This document shows positions 26,763-36,280 of a DNA stretch of 64,000 nt, one piece after another. A program made the position numbers and the translations under genes. Origin of the DNA: Pseudomonadota bacterium (GTDB lineage Bacteria; Pseudomonadota; Gammaproteobacteria; Acidiferrobacterales; UBA6901); assembly GCA_021819085.1 (NCBI GenBank), contig JAKASJ010000003.1:35272-99271 (forward strand), read 5' to 3'. Each line of letters starts with the position of its first letter. Position 1 is the stretch's first letter. Under the pieces are notes generated by a model. It did not search any database. It saw only the letters and a list, made by a program, of their open reading frames with translations, and was not told the DNA's origin.

Positions 26763-27230
26763 TTACTTCGCGAGCAGCAGCTGGCTGCGGTCACACTTGT
26801 ACGGAGCCCCTTCGGTGAACAGGACAGGACTGCCGACATCCTTGATTTCCGGCTTGGGCTTGTTCGCGTACGGGTTGATCGAACCCTCGGCAGTGGTGCG
26901 GATCGGGAACTTGAAACGCTTCATGTTGCCGTTGCGGAATTTGATCGTCCACATGATCGAATCCGTGCCGCGCAAAGGCTGCACCGAACCGCCAAGCGGG
27001 ACGACGTCGGCATAATGACGTGCCTCGATGGCGTTCTGCGGGCAGATCTTGACGCAGGAATAGCATTCCCAGCACTGCTCCGGCTCCTGGTTGAAAGCCT
27101 TCATGGCATGGCCGGTCATGGAACCGTCCTTGTCCAGCAGCATCAGGTCATGCGGGCAGATGTACATGCAAGCGGTCTTGTCCTGACCCTTGCAGCCATC
27201 ACACTTGTCGGTACGTACGAATGTTGGCAT
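26763..27230 (-). CDS. aprB: Adenylylsulfate reductase beta subunit
   Basis: 155 aa with MPTFVRTDKCDGCKGQDKTACMYICPHDLM and CWECYSCVKICPQNAI, plus the AprB C-terminal tail. Confidence 0.95.
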   Translation of the reverse strand: MPTFVRTDKCDGCKGQDKTACMYICPHDLMLLDKDGSMTGHAMKAFNQEPEQCWECYSCVKICPQNAIEARHYADVVPLGGSVQPLRGTDSIMWTIKFRNGNMKRFKFPIRTTAEGSINPYANKPKPEIKDVGSPVLFTEGAPYKCDRSQLLLAK

Positions 27231-27332
27231 GGTTACTCTCCATCTTAGGTTGAACTTAAAAAGTACTGACCTGTATCTTTTTCGGGTTCGCGCCTCACGG
27301 GCAGCCCGCCTTCCAGACTGGCAGGGTCCGGG

Positions 27333-28547
27333 CTACTTCGCCGAATGGCCGCTCAGTTTCACTTCTACGCGTTCGTGATCCTGGAGGCCTGCGTAGTATT
27401 TGCGCAGGATTTCCAGCACTTCGGGACGGCTGAACTCGGCCGGAACGGCCGCGCCTTCCGAAAGTGCCTTGCGCAGCTTGGTACCGGACAGCAGCAGGCG
27501 GTCACCAGCTTCGTGCGGGCAGGTGCGGGCGCTTGCCATGCCGCCGCACTTGAAGCACCAGAAGGTCCAGTCGATCTTCAGGGGTTTGGTCTGCAGCGCG
27601 TCCTTCGGGATCTCATCGAAGATCTTATGGGCGTCGAATGGCCCGTAGTAATCGCCAACGCCGGCGTGGTCGCGGCCGACTATCAGATGCGAGCAGCCGT
27701 AGTTCTGCCGGAACAGCGCATGCAGCAGCGCCTCACGCGGGCCGGCATAACGCATGTCGAGCGGATAGCCGGACTGCACCACCGTGTTTTTGACGAAGTA
27801 CTTGTCAATCAGCGTGGAAATGGCGTCGGAACGGACTTCCGCCGGGATGTCGCCGGGCTTGAGCTTGCCCAGCAGAGAATGGATCAGCACGCCGTCCAGG
27901 GTTTCCACGGCGATCTTGGCAAGGTATTCGTGGGAGCGGTGCATGGGGTTGCGTGTCTGGAACGCCGCAACGGTCGACCAGCCTTTTTCCTCAAACAGCT
28001 TGCGGGTCTGGGCGGGGGTCATGTAGTTGGAGTATTTCTTGGGGAACTCGCCCTCGGAAAGGACCTTGACCGGTCCTGCCAGGTTTACCTCGCCCTGCTC
28101 CATGACCATCTTGACGCCAGGGTGTTCTAGATCGGTAGTCTTGTACACCATCATGCATTCATGGGCTTTGTCGATGGTGTATTTTTCTGCGACCCGCATT
28201 GTGGCCATCGTTTCGCCCGTTTCCTTGTCGACGAGGGCGATTTCCGAGCCGGTCTTGATGCTGTCAGCCGTTACCTTGTCCGTAGACAGGGTAATCGGTA
28301 TCGGCCAGAACAGGCCGTTGGCCATCTTCATGCCGTCGCAGACGCCTTCCCAGTCGGCGCGGGTCATGAATCCATCGAGAGGAGTGAAGCCGCCGATGCC
28401 CATCATGATCAGGTCGCCGCTTTCGCGGGAGGAAATCTTCACTTTCGGCAAAGATTTCGCGTGCTCCAGTCCGGCCTTGAGTGCGGCACCCTCAAGCAGC
28501 AGGGGCTTGAGGGCATCGCTGCCGTGCGGTTTTACAAGTTTTGCCAT
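27333..28547 (-). CDS. sat: Sulfate adenylyltransferase (dissimilatory-type ATP sulfurylase)
   Basis: 404 aa with [11 protein letters not shown]..., [13 protein letters not shown] and GRDHAGVG. Confidence 0.95.
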   Translation of the reverse strand: MAKLVKPHGSDALKPLLLEGAALKAGLEHAKSLPKVKISSRESGDLIMMGIGGFTPLDGFMTRADWEGVCDGMKMANGLFWPIPITLSTDKVTADSIKTGSEIALVDKETGETMATMRVAEKYTIDKAHECMMVYKTTDLEHPGVKMVMEQGEVNLAGPVKVLSEGEFPKKYSNYMTPAQTRKLFEEKGWSTVAAFQTRNPMHRSHEYLAKIAVETLDGVLIHSLLGKLKPGDIPAEVRSDAISTLIDKYFVKNTVVQSGYPLDMRYAGPREALLHALFRQNYGCSHLIVGRDHAGVGDYYGPFDAHKIFDEIPKDALQTKPLKIDWTFWCFKCGGMASARTCPHEAGDRLLLSGTKLRKALSEGAAVPAEFSRPEVLEILRKYYAGLQDHERVEVKLSGHSAK

Positions 28548-29288
28548 CTATTTATTTCCTCGTTACGACGCCAGTTACACGGATGAACTCACCGCCGTCC
28601 CCGAAAACAGGGACAAATGCCCTCTGCCGGGATCTAACCGCACCCTGGCACAGAACCGAGACCGGAGGCGAAATAACAGGCGACTTTAAAGCCTTAGGGG
28701 GTGCAAAACTAATTAGTATTACTGCGGTCGTCCATAAGACTCATTTATTTATAGCCAGTATAAACTTAAGGCGACTTTTTTCTGCCGGGCACTCAGGTCG
28801 CCTGACCTCCAAGGCAAGGTCGGAACGTGGAGCAGTTTAGCGCACATTGCGCCCGTCTATACACACACAAAAAAAGTAATAATTATGGGTCGGCACAGAA
28901 CGTTACATGCTGAGGCGCCCAGCGCGGTGGCTGTCGCGATGATCCCTAAGGGCGGGGGACGGGGTGGCGCCCAAAATCGATCGTTCGGGGCCGGCCGAAA
29001 GGCCAACCTTGAGCAAGAAATTCGCTGACAGACCGTTCATGCACGAAGAGATCTCTTCTGCCAGAACGGCTCTGCAAGGTAGCGAAGGCGCGTGAATTCC
29101 CGGTATTGGCAAGGAAGTCCTTCGCCAACAGCCGGTGTCTGATCTGCACGAAGTCAGCAGCGCCTGAGGGCCGCGATCCTGCAGTGACTGCAGGCAGGAA
29201 GATCTGGCCCCCAGGTTTGACGGAGTACCGAAGATCGAATTGGCCACACAGCCTGTGCCGGGCGGCAAGTTTGGACGAACCCAACAGG

Positions 29289-29313
29289 CCCCTGCCCCGG
29301 ACCGGGGCAGGGG
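29289..29313 (-). terminator. GC hairpin after the DsrE-like gene
   Basis: CCCCTGCCC-cggaccg-GGGCAGGGG, 22 nt after the stop at 29335. Weak U-tract. Confidence 0.4.
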
Positions 29314-29334
29314 GTAAACGTTACATCGACGCGC

Positions 29335-29874
29335 TTATGGTGTCTCGGAGTTGGGATTGAAGATGGGCATATATCCTTCCCGCTCGTACTGCACGACAGA
29401 CAGGATTCCGGCGGGGATCGGCTTCATGAACGGATAGAGATCAGCGATCTTCACATGAAACAGTTCCATGGCGTTATGGCAAACAGTGAAGGTCTCGCCT
29501 TGCTTGTGCAGTGCCTTCAAGAGCGGGGCCCACGAGCTGTATTTCACGTTGAATTGATCGGCGACCTCGACAGCCTTGGAATAAAGCACGACGTGGATCT
29601 TGTAACGGTACCCTTTGGACTTCAGGTACCGGATCACCAAGGCGCTGTTGATAAGCGATTCCTTCAGCTGCGGCCCGGGCTGGCCGACAACAAACACGAT
29701 CTTAACCGGCTGGTGATGCTTGAAAAAACCGCCGTAAGAAAGTTTCGGGTTCTGCGGAATGTTGGGCACTCCCGGAAACGGGATCACCCCACCCGCGTAG
29801 GCTGCAGACCCGCAGGCCGCCGCCAGCATCACGCCACAAAGTACGCCTTTAACCAACTTGCCGATATTGTGCAT
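29335..29874 (-). CDS. Secreted DsrE/DsrF-like family protein
   Basis: Starts at ATG 29874 after AAGGAAA. Signal or lipoprotein-like N-terminus MHNIGKLVKGVLCGVMLAAACGSAAYA. DsrE-like core (IVFVV..VVLYSKAV..FTVCHNAM..IPAGILSVVQYEREGY). Confidence 0.7.
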   Translation of the reverse strand: MHNIGKLVKGVLCGVMLAAACGSAAYAGGVIPFPGVPNIPQNPKLSYGGFFKHHQPVKIVFVVGQPGPQLKESLINSALVIRYLKSKGYRYKIHVVLYSKAVEVADQFNVKYSSWAPLLKALHKQGETFTVCHNAMELFHVKIADLYPFMKPIPAGILSVVQYEREGYMPIFNPNSETP

Positions 29875-30219
29875 AGATTTTTCCTTGTAATATTGTATGG
29901 AACGACCACCATCCTGCCGTGAACTCACGCGCAAGGTCTCGTGCCAGCAGACAGCTGCCGGCGGTAGAGGGACTGGGTTTGGATACCGGTGTCTTCACCC
30001 AGAACCCGAAAAACAGCACATCCGCTTGAACAGTGCATCTTTAATACTTCCAAACCATCGGTTCAACGACCGATATCGGCGTCGAACCGAAATCTGCCAC
30101 CACGCTGCCCCGGGAGCAGATCACCCATCGCCGGAATTTCCTGGGGCTTCCGGCCGCCGTTTCCCGGCAGTCGCAGGCAGATGCTCCACGGCTGATTCTT
30201 GCCGCAGGCGTGCCGGTCC

Positions 30220-30849
30220 TTATCGTGCGCGCGCAACGCCTAAGAGCTGCCTCAGACCGGAGGCGGGCGCACCTTCCAGTAGTTCCGCCCTGCCTGCTTT
30301 GTTCCGGAATAACAGGGTGGGGACCATCATCATTTTGCTGCGCGCAAGCACGTCAGCGTTCGCCTTCAGATGCGCGATGGTAGCTGGCTCCGGATCAACG
30401 AGCGGACCTAAACCGCCATGCTTGCGGGTTCGATGGTATTGGGCTTCATTCGTGTAGAACGCTGTCCGCGGATTTGCTGCCTGCAGCATGGCCGCCGCCT
30501 TGCCCATGCTGGTCCGAGTCAGGATACCAACCGGGATCCAGCGCAGCTGCAACTGCCCCTGCTTGACCATGAGCCGGGTCGCCAGGAACAGCCTGTGGCA
30601 GTAAGGGCAGTTAGGATCGAAAAACACATAGACGATATTGTTCCCTCGGCCCTCGCCGATCCAGGTGGTATGGCTGGCGGCGGCGAGCATGCCGTTGATC
30701 ACCGTTTGGTCGGGACCCTCATTCAGCGGCAGCGAAAAGCTCGGGTTGCTCGCCAGCGCCTGTCCGATGCCAGCGATGCTGGCGAGAAGTATCAGGCCGG
30801 CAAACAGAAAGGCGCTGCCAGAAAAATTGCGCGTGAATTGAGGTCTCAT
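30220..30849 (-). CDS. Periplasmic thiol:disulfide interchange protein, DsbG/DsbC-like
   Basis: 209 aa with a signal peptide and the thioredoxin-fold active site FFDPNCPYCHRL. Confidence 0.8.
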   Translation of the reverse strand: MRPQFTRNFSGSAFLFAGLILLASIAGIGQALASNPSFSLPLNEGPDQTVINGMLAAASHTTWIGEGRGNNIVYVFFDPNCPYCHRLFLATRLMVKQGQLQLRWIPVGILTRTSMGKAAAMLQAANPRTAFYTNEAQYHRTRKHGGLGPLVDPEPATIAHLKANADVLARSKMMMVPTLLFRNKAGRAELLEGAPASGLRQLLGVARAR

Positions 30850-31490
30850 GACGTAAGCGAGCTATCCCGTTCGTGCTTGGTCGTGGCTGGGTCTCGGACT
30901 TGTAAGTGAGACGCCGACAGTGTTCGATTTAATCCATGGCAAGAAAGCGGCAGCGGTCTGCCGCGATGTGTCGATCGGAGCGCGGCGGTCTCGGCGGGGT
31001 TGTCCGGCAAGTACGGCTGTCTACGAGATATTGCGGGCGTTGCCGCCCCGCGGGCTATTGATCAAGGTCACAGGCAGGCTGCCTGTGCTGATTGGCTGGG
31101 TATGCCCGTCAGGGTCGGTCGGAATTACGATGATCGCGCAGTTTCTGTCGGCATTCCCGCAGCGGATTAATGGCGATGCGGTCGGTCCGTGACTTTGCAC
31201 GACTGCCATGTTGGCTGGTGTAATAGGTGGTATTTTGCATAAATAGCCAGAATGCGGGAGGATGGAAGCTCCCGGAACAGGGAAGTCTGAAAGAGAATCC
31301 CTGTCCAATGTGTAATCGGTCAATTTTCTTTCCGGCGGGTGGCTGTATGCAGATCAGGACGCAGAAAATGGGTGAGCGAATCGGTGACTGTTCGGGCACG
31401 TTCCGTCCATACTCCTTATTTTCCGGGGGCATCGGAGTGCAGCGAATCAGTCCTGCCGGCCAGGACAGACCTGCCGACTGGTGTTGACTT

Positions 31491-31724
31491 ATGGGCACCA
31501 TCCGCGTTCGTTATTTTGCAAGGATCCGCGAACAGCTCGGGAAAGGCCAGGAACTGATCGACTCAGAGGGGATCCGGTGTGCTGCCGATGTCTGGCGCCG
31601 TGTATCGGGTACTGCGACTTCGACCAAAATCTTGGTCGCGGTCAACCAGGAATATGCAGCGATGGATCACCCGGTGGTTACCGGCGATGAGGTGGCCTTC
31701 TTTCCTCCGGTGACGGGAGGCTGA
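31491..31724 (+). CDS. moaD: Molybdopterin synthase sulfur-carrier subunit
   Basis: 77 aa with a ubiquitin-like fold signature, ending ...EVAFFPPVTGG. Confidence 0.85.
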   Translation: MGTIRVRYFARIREQLGKGQELIDSEGIRCAADVWRRVSGTATSTKILVAVNQEYAAMDHPVVTGDEVAFFPPVTGG

Positions 31725-31726
31725 GG

Positions 31727-32152
31727 ATGGTTCGGGTCCAACCGCACCCCTTTGATCCATGGGTGGAAATTTCCGTCCATGAACGTCACCATCCGGAATG
31801 GTCCGGAAAATTCGGTGCGACCGCAGTTTTTGTTGGAAGTCTGAGGGACTTCAATCAGGGGCACCAGGTCGCCGAGATGACGCTCGAGCACTATGCCGGC
31901 ATGACCGAACGGCACCTTGAGAAGGTGCGCTGCGAAGCAATGAGCCGGTGGACTATCCTGGACCCTCTAATAATCCACCGATACGGGCGACTTACGCCCA
32001 CTGAACCTATTGTGCTGGTGGCGGTATGGTCCGCCCATCGCGATGCGGCGTTCCTGGCCTGCCGCTATATCATCGATGAACTCAAGACCCGTGCTCCTTT
32101 CTGGAAGCGTGAAGAAACAGACGCCGGGCGACGTTGGGTGGCCCCGGAATAG
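31727..32152 (+). CDS. moaE: Molybdopterin synthase catalytic subunit
   Basis: 141 aa with GATAVFVGSLRDFNQG..., HRYGRL and SAHRDAAF..ELKTRAPFWKRE. Starts 2 nt after moaD. Confidence 0.9.
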   Translation: MVRVQPHPFDPWVEISVHERHHPEWSGKFGATAVFVGSLRDFNQGHQVAEMTLEHYAGMTERHLEKVRCEAMSRWTILDPLIIHRYGRLTPTEPIVLVAVWSAHRDAAFLACRYIIDELKTRAPFWKREETDAGRRWVAPE

Positions 32153-32175
32153 CACTGGGCGAATCTGCGTTTGCC

Positions 32176-32841
32176 TCAGGGTGCCGCCACGGCCGTGGCG
32201 GACGTCAGGCTCGGAGCTGCCTTGAGCTTGCGGTAACGCACCAGATCGGCGGCAGCCTGCTGGCGGACCGACACAATTTCCTGCTGTTCTTTCTTGATGT
32301 TTTCGTTGTGCGTGGCGATCTGTGCCTCGGTGTTGGCGATAACCCGGGCTGTGTCAGCGGCCTCAGGCTTGTTGGTCGATTTCTCCGCGGTTTCCTGCGC
32401 CCGCAGCCGCGGAAGGGTCGCCTGCAGCGACTTGAGGGTGTCCTTTTCGCCTTCGATCAGACTCTTGATGTCAGCGATCTTGCGGTTACGCACGTAGGTG
32501 ATGTCGCTCGCGCTGGCATACATCGACAGCAGAATGCGATCCCTTCGCGCCCGGGACCTGGCCTGCTGCTGCGCTTTCGCGGACTTTGCGAGCGCGGCGG
32601 TGCGTTCCTTGAGTTGCGCTGCCGTCAGTGGTGCCGCCAGCTCCTTGGTTCTCACCCCGGAGTCGGTGATCTCGATCACCTTGGAGTTCGCACACGCTCG
32701 ACCGGCGTTGTCGCCGTAATGCCACTCACCATTGGCATCACGGCATTTTTTGATGACGAAGGTGGGGCCGGCGAAACCGGGTTTCAGCCCCATTGCTATC
32801 GACAGGAAACAAACCGCAGCTATGGTATGTTTGAATCTCAT
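32176..32841 (-). CDS. Secreted DUF4124-like protein with a coiled-coil tail
   Basis: Signal peptide MRFKHTIAAVCFLSIAMG, the motif CRDANGEWHYGDN, then a long Ala/Gln/Lys-rich helical region. Start is ATG 32841 or GTG 32853. Confidence 0.6.
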   Translation of the reverse strand: MRFKHTIAAVCFLSIAMGLKPGFAGPTFVIKKCRDANGEWHYGDNAGRACANSKVIEITDSGVRTKELAAPLTAAQLKERTAALAKSAKAQQQARSRARRDRILLSMYASASDITYVRNRKIADIKSLIEGEKDTLKSLQATLPRLRAQETAEKSTNKPEAADTARVIANTEAQIATHNENIKKEQQEIVSVRQQAAADLVRYRKLKAAPSLTSATAVAAP

Positions 32842-32980
32842 GAACAGGATCACTCGCTCGGTAGCCCGCTACTCAAGACTAGGGCCGCTGCCCGAAAAGT
32901 CAACCGCTGCAGCCTTCCATCTGTCGGCCGCGTCGTGGCAGCCGCCGTCCGGGGGTGCCGGCAGACCGGCAGTCAGCTGA

Positions 32981-33736
32981 ATGGGCGCATGGCCCCAGCA
33001 GGTACTGCTGTTCCTTGTAGCGCTGGCCGCGAACAGTTTTGCCGCGTTTGCCGGAGGCGGCGCTGGCCTACTGCAGTTTCCGGCGCTGATATTCCTGGGA
33101 CTGCCGTTTGCCGTCGCGCTCGCTACCCACAAAGTAGCGACCGTGGCGCTGGGCATCGGCGCGACACTGCGCCACCTGCGCGAGCGTTCCCTCGAACGAC
33201 GCTTCTCGCTGTTTATTCTGGCTTGCGGCATGCCCGGGGTCGCATTGGGTGCCATTGCGATCCTGAACGTTCCGGCGGGTGCCGCCGAAACGCTGCTGGG
33301 TGTGTTGACCATTGGCCTGGGAGCCTATTCGCTGTTCAATCGGCGCCTCGGACAGGCATATGCCCCGCGTAATCGCCACATTCGCGGCTATGTTGCCGGT
33401 GGTGTCGGTTTGTTCGTAATCGGACTTTTGAACGGTTCACTCACATCCGGCACGGGACTTTTCTGCACGTTGTGGCTGATCCGATGGTTCGGGCTGGACT
33501 ACCGAAGGGCCGTTGCCTACACGCTGGTTCTGGTCGGCGTATTCTGGAATGGAACCGGTGCCTTTACCCTGGGTGTGCTCGGGCAGGTGCGCTGGTCCTG
33601 GGTGCCGGCGTTGCTCGCCGGGTCGCTGCTGGGTGGCTATCTTGGTGCGCATTGGTCGATCGTCAGGGGCAACCGCTGGATCAAGCATGCCTTTGAAGCG
33701 ATCACGATTGTGGTCGGCATCAAGCTGTTGACGTAA
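32981..33736 (+). CDS. TauE/SafE-family (sulfite exporter-like) membrane protein
   Basis: 251 aa with multiple TM helices. Contains SFAAFAGGGAGLLQFPALIFLGLP, typical of DUF81/TauE. Confidence 0.85.
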   Translation: MGAWPQQVLLFLVALAANSFAAFAGGGAGLLQFPALIFLGLPFAVALATHKVATVALGIGATLRHLRERSLERRFSLFILACGMPGVALGAIAILNVPAGAAETLLGVLTIGLGAYSLFNRRLGQAYAPRNRHIRGYVAGGVGLFVIGLLNGSLTSGTGLFCTLWLIRWFGLDYRRAVAYTLVLVGVFWNGTGAFTLGVLGQVRWSWVPALLAGSLLGGYLGAHWSIVRGNRWIKHAFEAITIVVGIKLLT

Positions 33737-33840
33737 ACCTGCGGGGCAGGTGCGGCATGCGTTGCGTTCATGGCGCTTTCCTCTTACTCTTTGCCTCTTT
33801 GCGCGGTTCCCGCTGCGCCCGGTCAGAGTGAGGGACTTCA

Positions 33841-34257
33841 ATGCTTGGTTGGCTATTTCGCTGGCGACGGCGTAGACGCACGCTTGATCGTGCCGGAGCG
33901 TTCCACAATGTTCTGGGCGTCGGCGCGGTATTCCGTGGCGGCCTGACGGGTTCTGAAAACAGCATCGTCTACGGTACCGTGGAGGGAGACGGCGAGATCC
34001 AGGGCAGCCTGGTGCTGGCGCCAGGGTCGCGCTGGAAGGGCGTGGTCACGGCGACGCATGTGCTCGTTGCCGGACGCGTTGACGGAGACGTGGTCGCGCA
34101 CGAAAAGCTGGAGCTTACGCCCAGCGCGCATGTTGTCGGCAATCTGACGAGTCGCAGGATTGCCATCGCCGAGGGCGCTGTCTGTGAAGGCATGGTTCAT
34201 GCGTTGCAGGATGCTGCGACCACACATTTCAGTGAGCGCCGCAATGCGACCGGATGA
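33841..34257 (+). CDS. Bactofilin-family polymer-forming protein
   Basis: 138 aa with a repetitive beta-helix pattern (G.V.GD..V.G.V..). The N-terminus is basic. Confidence 0.75.
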   Translation: MLGWLFRWRRRRRTLDRAGAFHNVLGVGAVFRGGLTGSENSIVYGTVEGDGEIQGSLVLAPGSRWKGVVTATHVLVAGRVDGDVVAHEKLELTPSAHVVGNLTSRRIAIAEGAVCEGMVHALQDAATTHFSERRNATG

Positions 34258-34341
34258 TGTGTCGGTGAAAGGAGGTGCTGCCCGCGAGGTTTTGTCGCAC
34301 GTGTCCGGACGGACAGTGTGGCGGGCTCGCGTCAGCCGGGT

Positions 34342-34986
34342 TCACGCCCCGTAGCGTGCGCGGTAGGCGCGGATTGCCTCCAAGTGCTGGCGCTGCTCCG
34401 GGTGCGAGGCGAGATAGTGCACCAGCGTATCGAGTGTGACGATGCTTGCGATCCGTAGACCGTAACGGGTCTCCGCTTCCGCCACGGCCGAGGCGGTTCC
34501 GGACCCGCGTTCCTGCCGGTCGAGCGCTATGACCGCTCCGGCAGCGGAAGCGCCGGCACCCCGGATGATTTCCACCGACTCCCCGATGGAAAGGCCGGCA
34601 GAAATGACGTCATCGATGATTAACACCCGCCCCTGCAACGGCGACCCCACGATCATCCCGCCTTCGGCGTGGTCTTTCGCCTCCTTGCGGTTGAAGGAGT
34701 AAGGAACGTCGCGCCCATGGTGATCGGCGAGTGCGATAGTGACCGAGGCTGCCAGCGGAATGCCTTTGTAGGCAGGTCCGTAGACCATGTCGAATTGCAA
34801 TCCTGAATCCAGGATTGCCTGTGCATAGAAGCGGCCGAGCTGCGCAAGCCGGCCACCTGTATTGAACAGGCCGGTATTGAAAAAATAGGGGCTGGAGCGT
34901 CCGGATTTGAGCTTGAACTCGCCGAAGCGAAGGGCGCCCGCGCTGACGGCAAAGTCGAGGAATTCATTCTGGTAGCTGCGCATCAT
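34342..34986 (-). CDS. pyrE: Orotate phosphoribosyltransferase
   Basis: Motifs FGEFKLKSGRSSPYFFN and the PRPP loop VLIIDDVISAG. Confidence 0.93.
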   Translation of the reverse strand: MMRSYQNEFLDFAVSAGALRFGEFKLKSGRSSPYFFNTGLFNTGGRLAQLGRFYAQAILDSGLQFDMVYGPAYKGIPLAASVTIALADHHGRDVPYSFNRKEAKDHAEGGMIVGSPLQGRVLIIDDVISAGLSIGESVEIIRGAGASAAGAVIALDRQERGSGTASAVAEAETRYGLRIASIVTLDTLVHYLASHPEQRQHLEAIRAYRARYGA

Positions 34987-35418
34987 TGTGAGCCCCAACG
35001 CCGCCGGTATCTTGGCGTACGATTATAGCGGCATGCCGGGCTGATGCGTAAGCGCCGGTGGTATGCCCCACCGGGCAGTGTGGCCACCCTGCTGTATGGG
35101 TGGCCGCCGCGGTGCCCAGCGGGTGTTACCGTACAACGAGGCAGGAGACGCTCCGGATTCGACTGGAATGCGCGCTGCCTCTAGACTGCCGCAGGACGTT
35201 CAGGCATGACGGTAGCACCGCACGACTGGATGCTGCATCTTGGCATCTTTTAATATCGCCCCGGGCAGTGCCGACCGCAGGATGCCGGGCGTTGTGCGTA
35301 ATGGCCCGCCAGATGGGCCGGGCATCGGCCGATGCCACCCAAAGGTACATACGGCGTAGACTACGGGCGCCAGAAATTTTTGTATCCCGTTCCGGACAAT
35401 GAGTTGCGGCAGATAGCG

Positions 35419-36192
35419 ATGAGAATCGTCACTCTCAATGTAAACGGCATCCGTTCTGCAGCGTCCAAAGGATTTTTTGCTTGGCTCGCGCGTCAGAAGG
35501 CGGACGCTGTTTGCATTCAGGAAATCAAGATCCAGGAGGAACAGCTCACGCCCCAGATGCGCTCGCCCGGCAACTACCGCGGTTTCTTCAGTTTTGCTCA
35601 GACGAAAGGCTACTCCGGGGTGGGACTTTACAGCAAGAAGCCGCCGGACTGTGTCCACTACGGGTTCGGTTCCGGCGAGCACGACGGAGAAGGACGCTAT
35701 CTGCAGGCGGATTTTGGTCCGCTCAGTATCGTTTCGCTGTACCTGCCATCGGGCTCCGCTGGCCCTCATAGGCAGGAATCCAAGTACCGATTCATGGAGC
35801 GGTTCCTGCCGCATCTGAAAAAATTGCGGGCTGACGGTCGCGAGTACATTCTGTGCGGGGACTGGAACATCGCGCACAAGGAAATAGACCTGAAGAACTG
35901 GCGCAGCAACCGGAAGAACTCCGGGTTCCTGCCTGATGAACGGGCCTGGCTTTCAACGGTGTTCGACGAGCTTGCGTGGGTGGACGTCTTCCGCACGCTC
36001 AATCCTAAGCCGGACCAGTATACCTGGTGGTCCAACCGTGGCCAGGCGTGGGCCAAAAACGTCGGTTGGCGCATCGACTACCAGATTGCTACGCCGGGAA
36101 TTTCGGCAAAGGCGACGAAGGAGCGCATATACAAGGAAAAGCGCTTTTCCGATCACGCTCCGTTGATCATCGACTATGACCAGAAGCTGTGA
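35419..36192 (+). CDS. xthA: Exodeoxyribonuclease III
   Basis: Starts at ATG 35419 (MRIVTLNVNGIRSA...CIQEIK) and ends ...RFSDHAPLIIDYD. Confidence 0.93.
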   Translation: MRIVTLNVNGIRSAASKGFFAWLARQKADAVCIQEIKIQEEQLTPQMRSPGNYRGFFSFAQTKGYSGVGLYSKKPPDCVHYGFGSGEHDGEGRYLQADFGPLSIVSLYLPSGSAGPHRQESKYRFMERFLPHLKKLRADGREYILCGDWNIAHKEIDLKNWRSNRKNSGFLPDERAWLSTVFDELAWVDVFRTLNPKPDQYTWWSNRGQAWAKNVGWRIDYQIATPGISAKATKERIYKEKRFSDHAPLIIDYDQKL

Positions 36193-36280
36193 CAAGCTTT
36201 AGGCGTTGGCCCCTGCATGCGTGCGCGATTTCCGGAAAGACGGGTTTTGGCGCGCGTTGCAAGAACCTGAAGGTATCCCG

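Noticed and set aside
25636-27015. 459-aa + strand ORF covering aprA and aprB
   Set aside because: It is an antisense shadow of two highly conserved genes and spans their intergenic gap, which a real gene would not mirror.
28885-29028. 47-codon + strand ORF (MGRHRTLHAEAPS...) in the sat upstream region
   Set aside because: It has no SD and a Gly/Arg-rich nonsense-like sequence, and it lies in the probable sat promoter or leader.
31021-31323. 100-aa minus-strand ORF upstream of moaD
   Set aside because: It has a TTG start without an SD, a third-position GC of about 45% against the higher value of neighbouring genes, and no recognisable motif.
31450-31475. B12-box-like string GCCAGGACAGACCTGCC, plus GGGAAG...AATCC upstream, suggesting a cobalamin riboswitch
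   Set aside because: The conserved GCCACTG core and the GGTG..AA.TCC element are missing. The matching bases are instead tied up in simple local hairpins (GTCCTG/CAGGAC, ACAGGGA/TCCCTGT). A B12 switch before moaDE also has no precedent I know of. An Rfam scan is needed to settle this.
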